The position numbers were made by a program, and so were the translations under genes. A stretch of DNA of 64,000 nucleotides from Gnetum montanum (Eukaryota; Plantae; Gnetophyta), in NCBI GenBank assembly GCA_015680685.1, contig MNCI01000808.1:344844-408843 (forward strand), in the 5' to 3' direction. This document shows positions 62,400-64,000 of the stretch, piece by piece. Under the pieces are notes generated by a model. The model ran no database searches. It saw only the letters and a program-made list of their open reading frames with translations, and was not told where the DNA came from. Positions within the stretch are counted from its first letter, which is position 1; each line of letters begins with the position of its first letter.

Positions 62400-63657
62400 A
62401 GAGGTAAATTATTTATTAAACCTACTACTTTTAAATATCTAGGTTCAACATCCTAAAGGTCATAGGATTTAGCAACCAAGCCCTCATTCGACCTTAGATA
62501 ATTTAAGACAAAAATTCATAAGTAGGGATCTAAAGTTTGATGCATAATATAGGTTTTTATTCATGTACTAACTTGTAAGGGTTGGCCTTAATAGATATTT
62601 TATTGCAAATATGATCTACCCATACAACCTATTTCACCTTTTCATGCCCATACCATGGATTATCTCCAGTCATCCTTTTAGTTTTTCTTAGAAGATTATG
62701 CCAAACCATTATCTTGTGAATAGTATTTTGTAACACATTTAATCATGACTCTATTATTGTCCATTCTATGATTTTAGTTGAAATGCAGGTAGGACCATTA
62801 TCCACTATTAAGGCATATTAATGTTTACATCAAGTGATGACAACTTCTTCATGAAACCTAATAACTCTACATGACATAGCACCTCTAGTAGCTCTAACTT
62901 CTAGCCAACATGTAGTATAATCCATTATTGTTAAGATGAATTTATGTTAACTTGATGATGATGGATTGATGGCTCTAATAACGTTAAGTATCCATTATGC
63001 AAAAGGTCTAACCTCAATGATAGGTTGTACAGGTACTAATCTTTTAGTATCTCTACCCTTAAATATTTGGCATTGTGCACATGTTTTCATCATATTTTAT
63101 GCATTAGTGATCATAGTAGGTAAATAATAGCCAACTTTCATGATTTTATGAACTAAGAAATGATAGCCTGCATGTTGTTCATTATGTAAACATTTTATTA
63201 CATCATTAACTTATTCCTTGTCTAAACACCTAAGGAAAACTCCTTTAAATATTTTTCTAAAATGATCCTCATAGATCATGGAGAATTATGCACTTTTAAA
63301 TATTAATAGCTTTATTTTATATCTTAGAAGATTATAAGGGAAATGATGGAACATTGGATAGTATTTGATATGTCCATACCAAGGATTATTTAGACAATTT
63401 GAAGCAAATGGAATAGAGTCCTCATCTTCAATTTGTAGCATATGTAGAGAAATTGGCTCTAGCTCATATGGGGCCTTCACTTGTTTTAAAGTTGATGCAC
63501 AAGCTATCACCTTTATTAGTTCATTTCCTTTAACTAACTTGGCTACTCTCCATTGTAGTTTCATAATTCATTTAACTTTCTTTTCTAAAGGATCTTTGAA
63601 GAGAGGTTGAGTAGATCCTATGTCTAACCATATGATCCACAAGTGTTCTATGGATGG
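62400..63657 (-). pseudogene. Heavily decayed gypsy (Tat-like) RNase H-integrase remnant
   Basis: Hand translation: CLHNEQHAGYHF...KIMKVGYYLPTM...KTCAQCQ, FILTIMDYTTCWLE, IVDNGP. Confidence 0.7.
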
Positions 63658-64000
63658 TGATGAGTGGCGAGATACCCCTACACTCCACCATATGAATACG
63701 AGCGTACACGCGCGATCCGGTCGAACTCCGCAAACTAAATGCCTTAACGCCATAAGAAACACTTGGGGTTAATCGTTCATTGTATTCCCAGGCTTTCTTG
63801 TAAGTGTCACGGTGTATGGTTAAGCAAGTCTGAGGTATGTGATTTTTTTGGTATTTTTCGGCTTATCTTCTATGCTATCAGAGGAAAGGGTTGAGAAACT
63901 AAGCTAACTCTAACTAATGTCCTAGTCTAAATTAACTAGCGTCAGCATCTGTTCCCACTTACCGGACACACCCTGAACTATGCAACTGTGGCTTACCAAA
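63658..64000 (-). mobile_element. Athila-like LTR (truncated by window edge), same family as 297-1339
   Basis: Begins TGATGAGTGGCGAGATACCCCTACACTC and aligns colinearly with 297-640; no PBS on its left, so it is a 3' or solo LTR. Confidence 0.85.

Noticed and set aside
297-64000. LTRs at 297-1339 and 63658-64000 as the two ends of one giant element
   Set aside because: The PBS lies to the left of the first LTR, so its element extends out of the window; they are separate insertions of one family

Overview
Plant nuclear DNA, almost certainly heterochromatic and probably from a non-model lineage (the host cannot be determined from this sequence). About 85% is nested LTR retrotransposons and endogenous caulimovirid (pararetrovirus) DNA, inserted into two tandem copies of a segment carrying an LRR-XII-type, non-RD receptor-like kinase. 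Copy 1 is split into 6832-7299, 28607-28910 and 34864-37140. It holds a decayed RLK pseudogene cut off by viral DNA and has been expanded by a gag-protease-only Tat element (1340-6831), a full Athila-like element (7300-28606) with a young pol-only Tat element nested in it (8569-19852), and a gag-only Athila-like element (28911-34863). The viral DNA (37139-47630) forms a ~3.8-kb-arm inverted repeat whose putative promoters face outward. Copy 2 (about 48172-48850 plus 54334 onward) carries a solo LTR with a nested Ale-type copia, a ~1-kb fold-back just upstream of the gene, and a near-intact RLK (55749-59714) broken only by a 13-bp duplication. The most interesting candidate systems are (i) a complementary gag-PR-only / RT-RH-aRH-INT-only pair of related Tat elements whose coding modules are bracketed by the same short motif, and (ii) the viral inverted repeat positioned to make antisense or hairpin RNA at an immune-receptor locus. 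Identity levels are by-eye estimates; nothing was computed.
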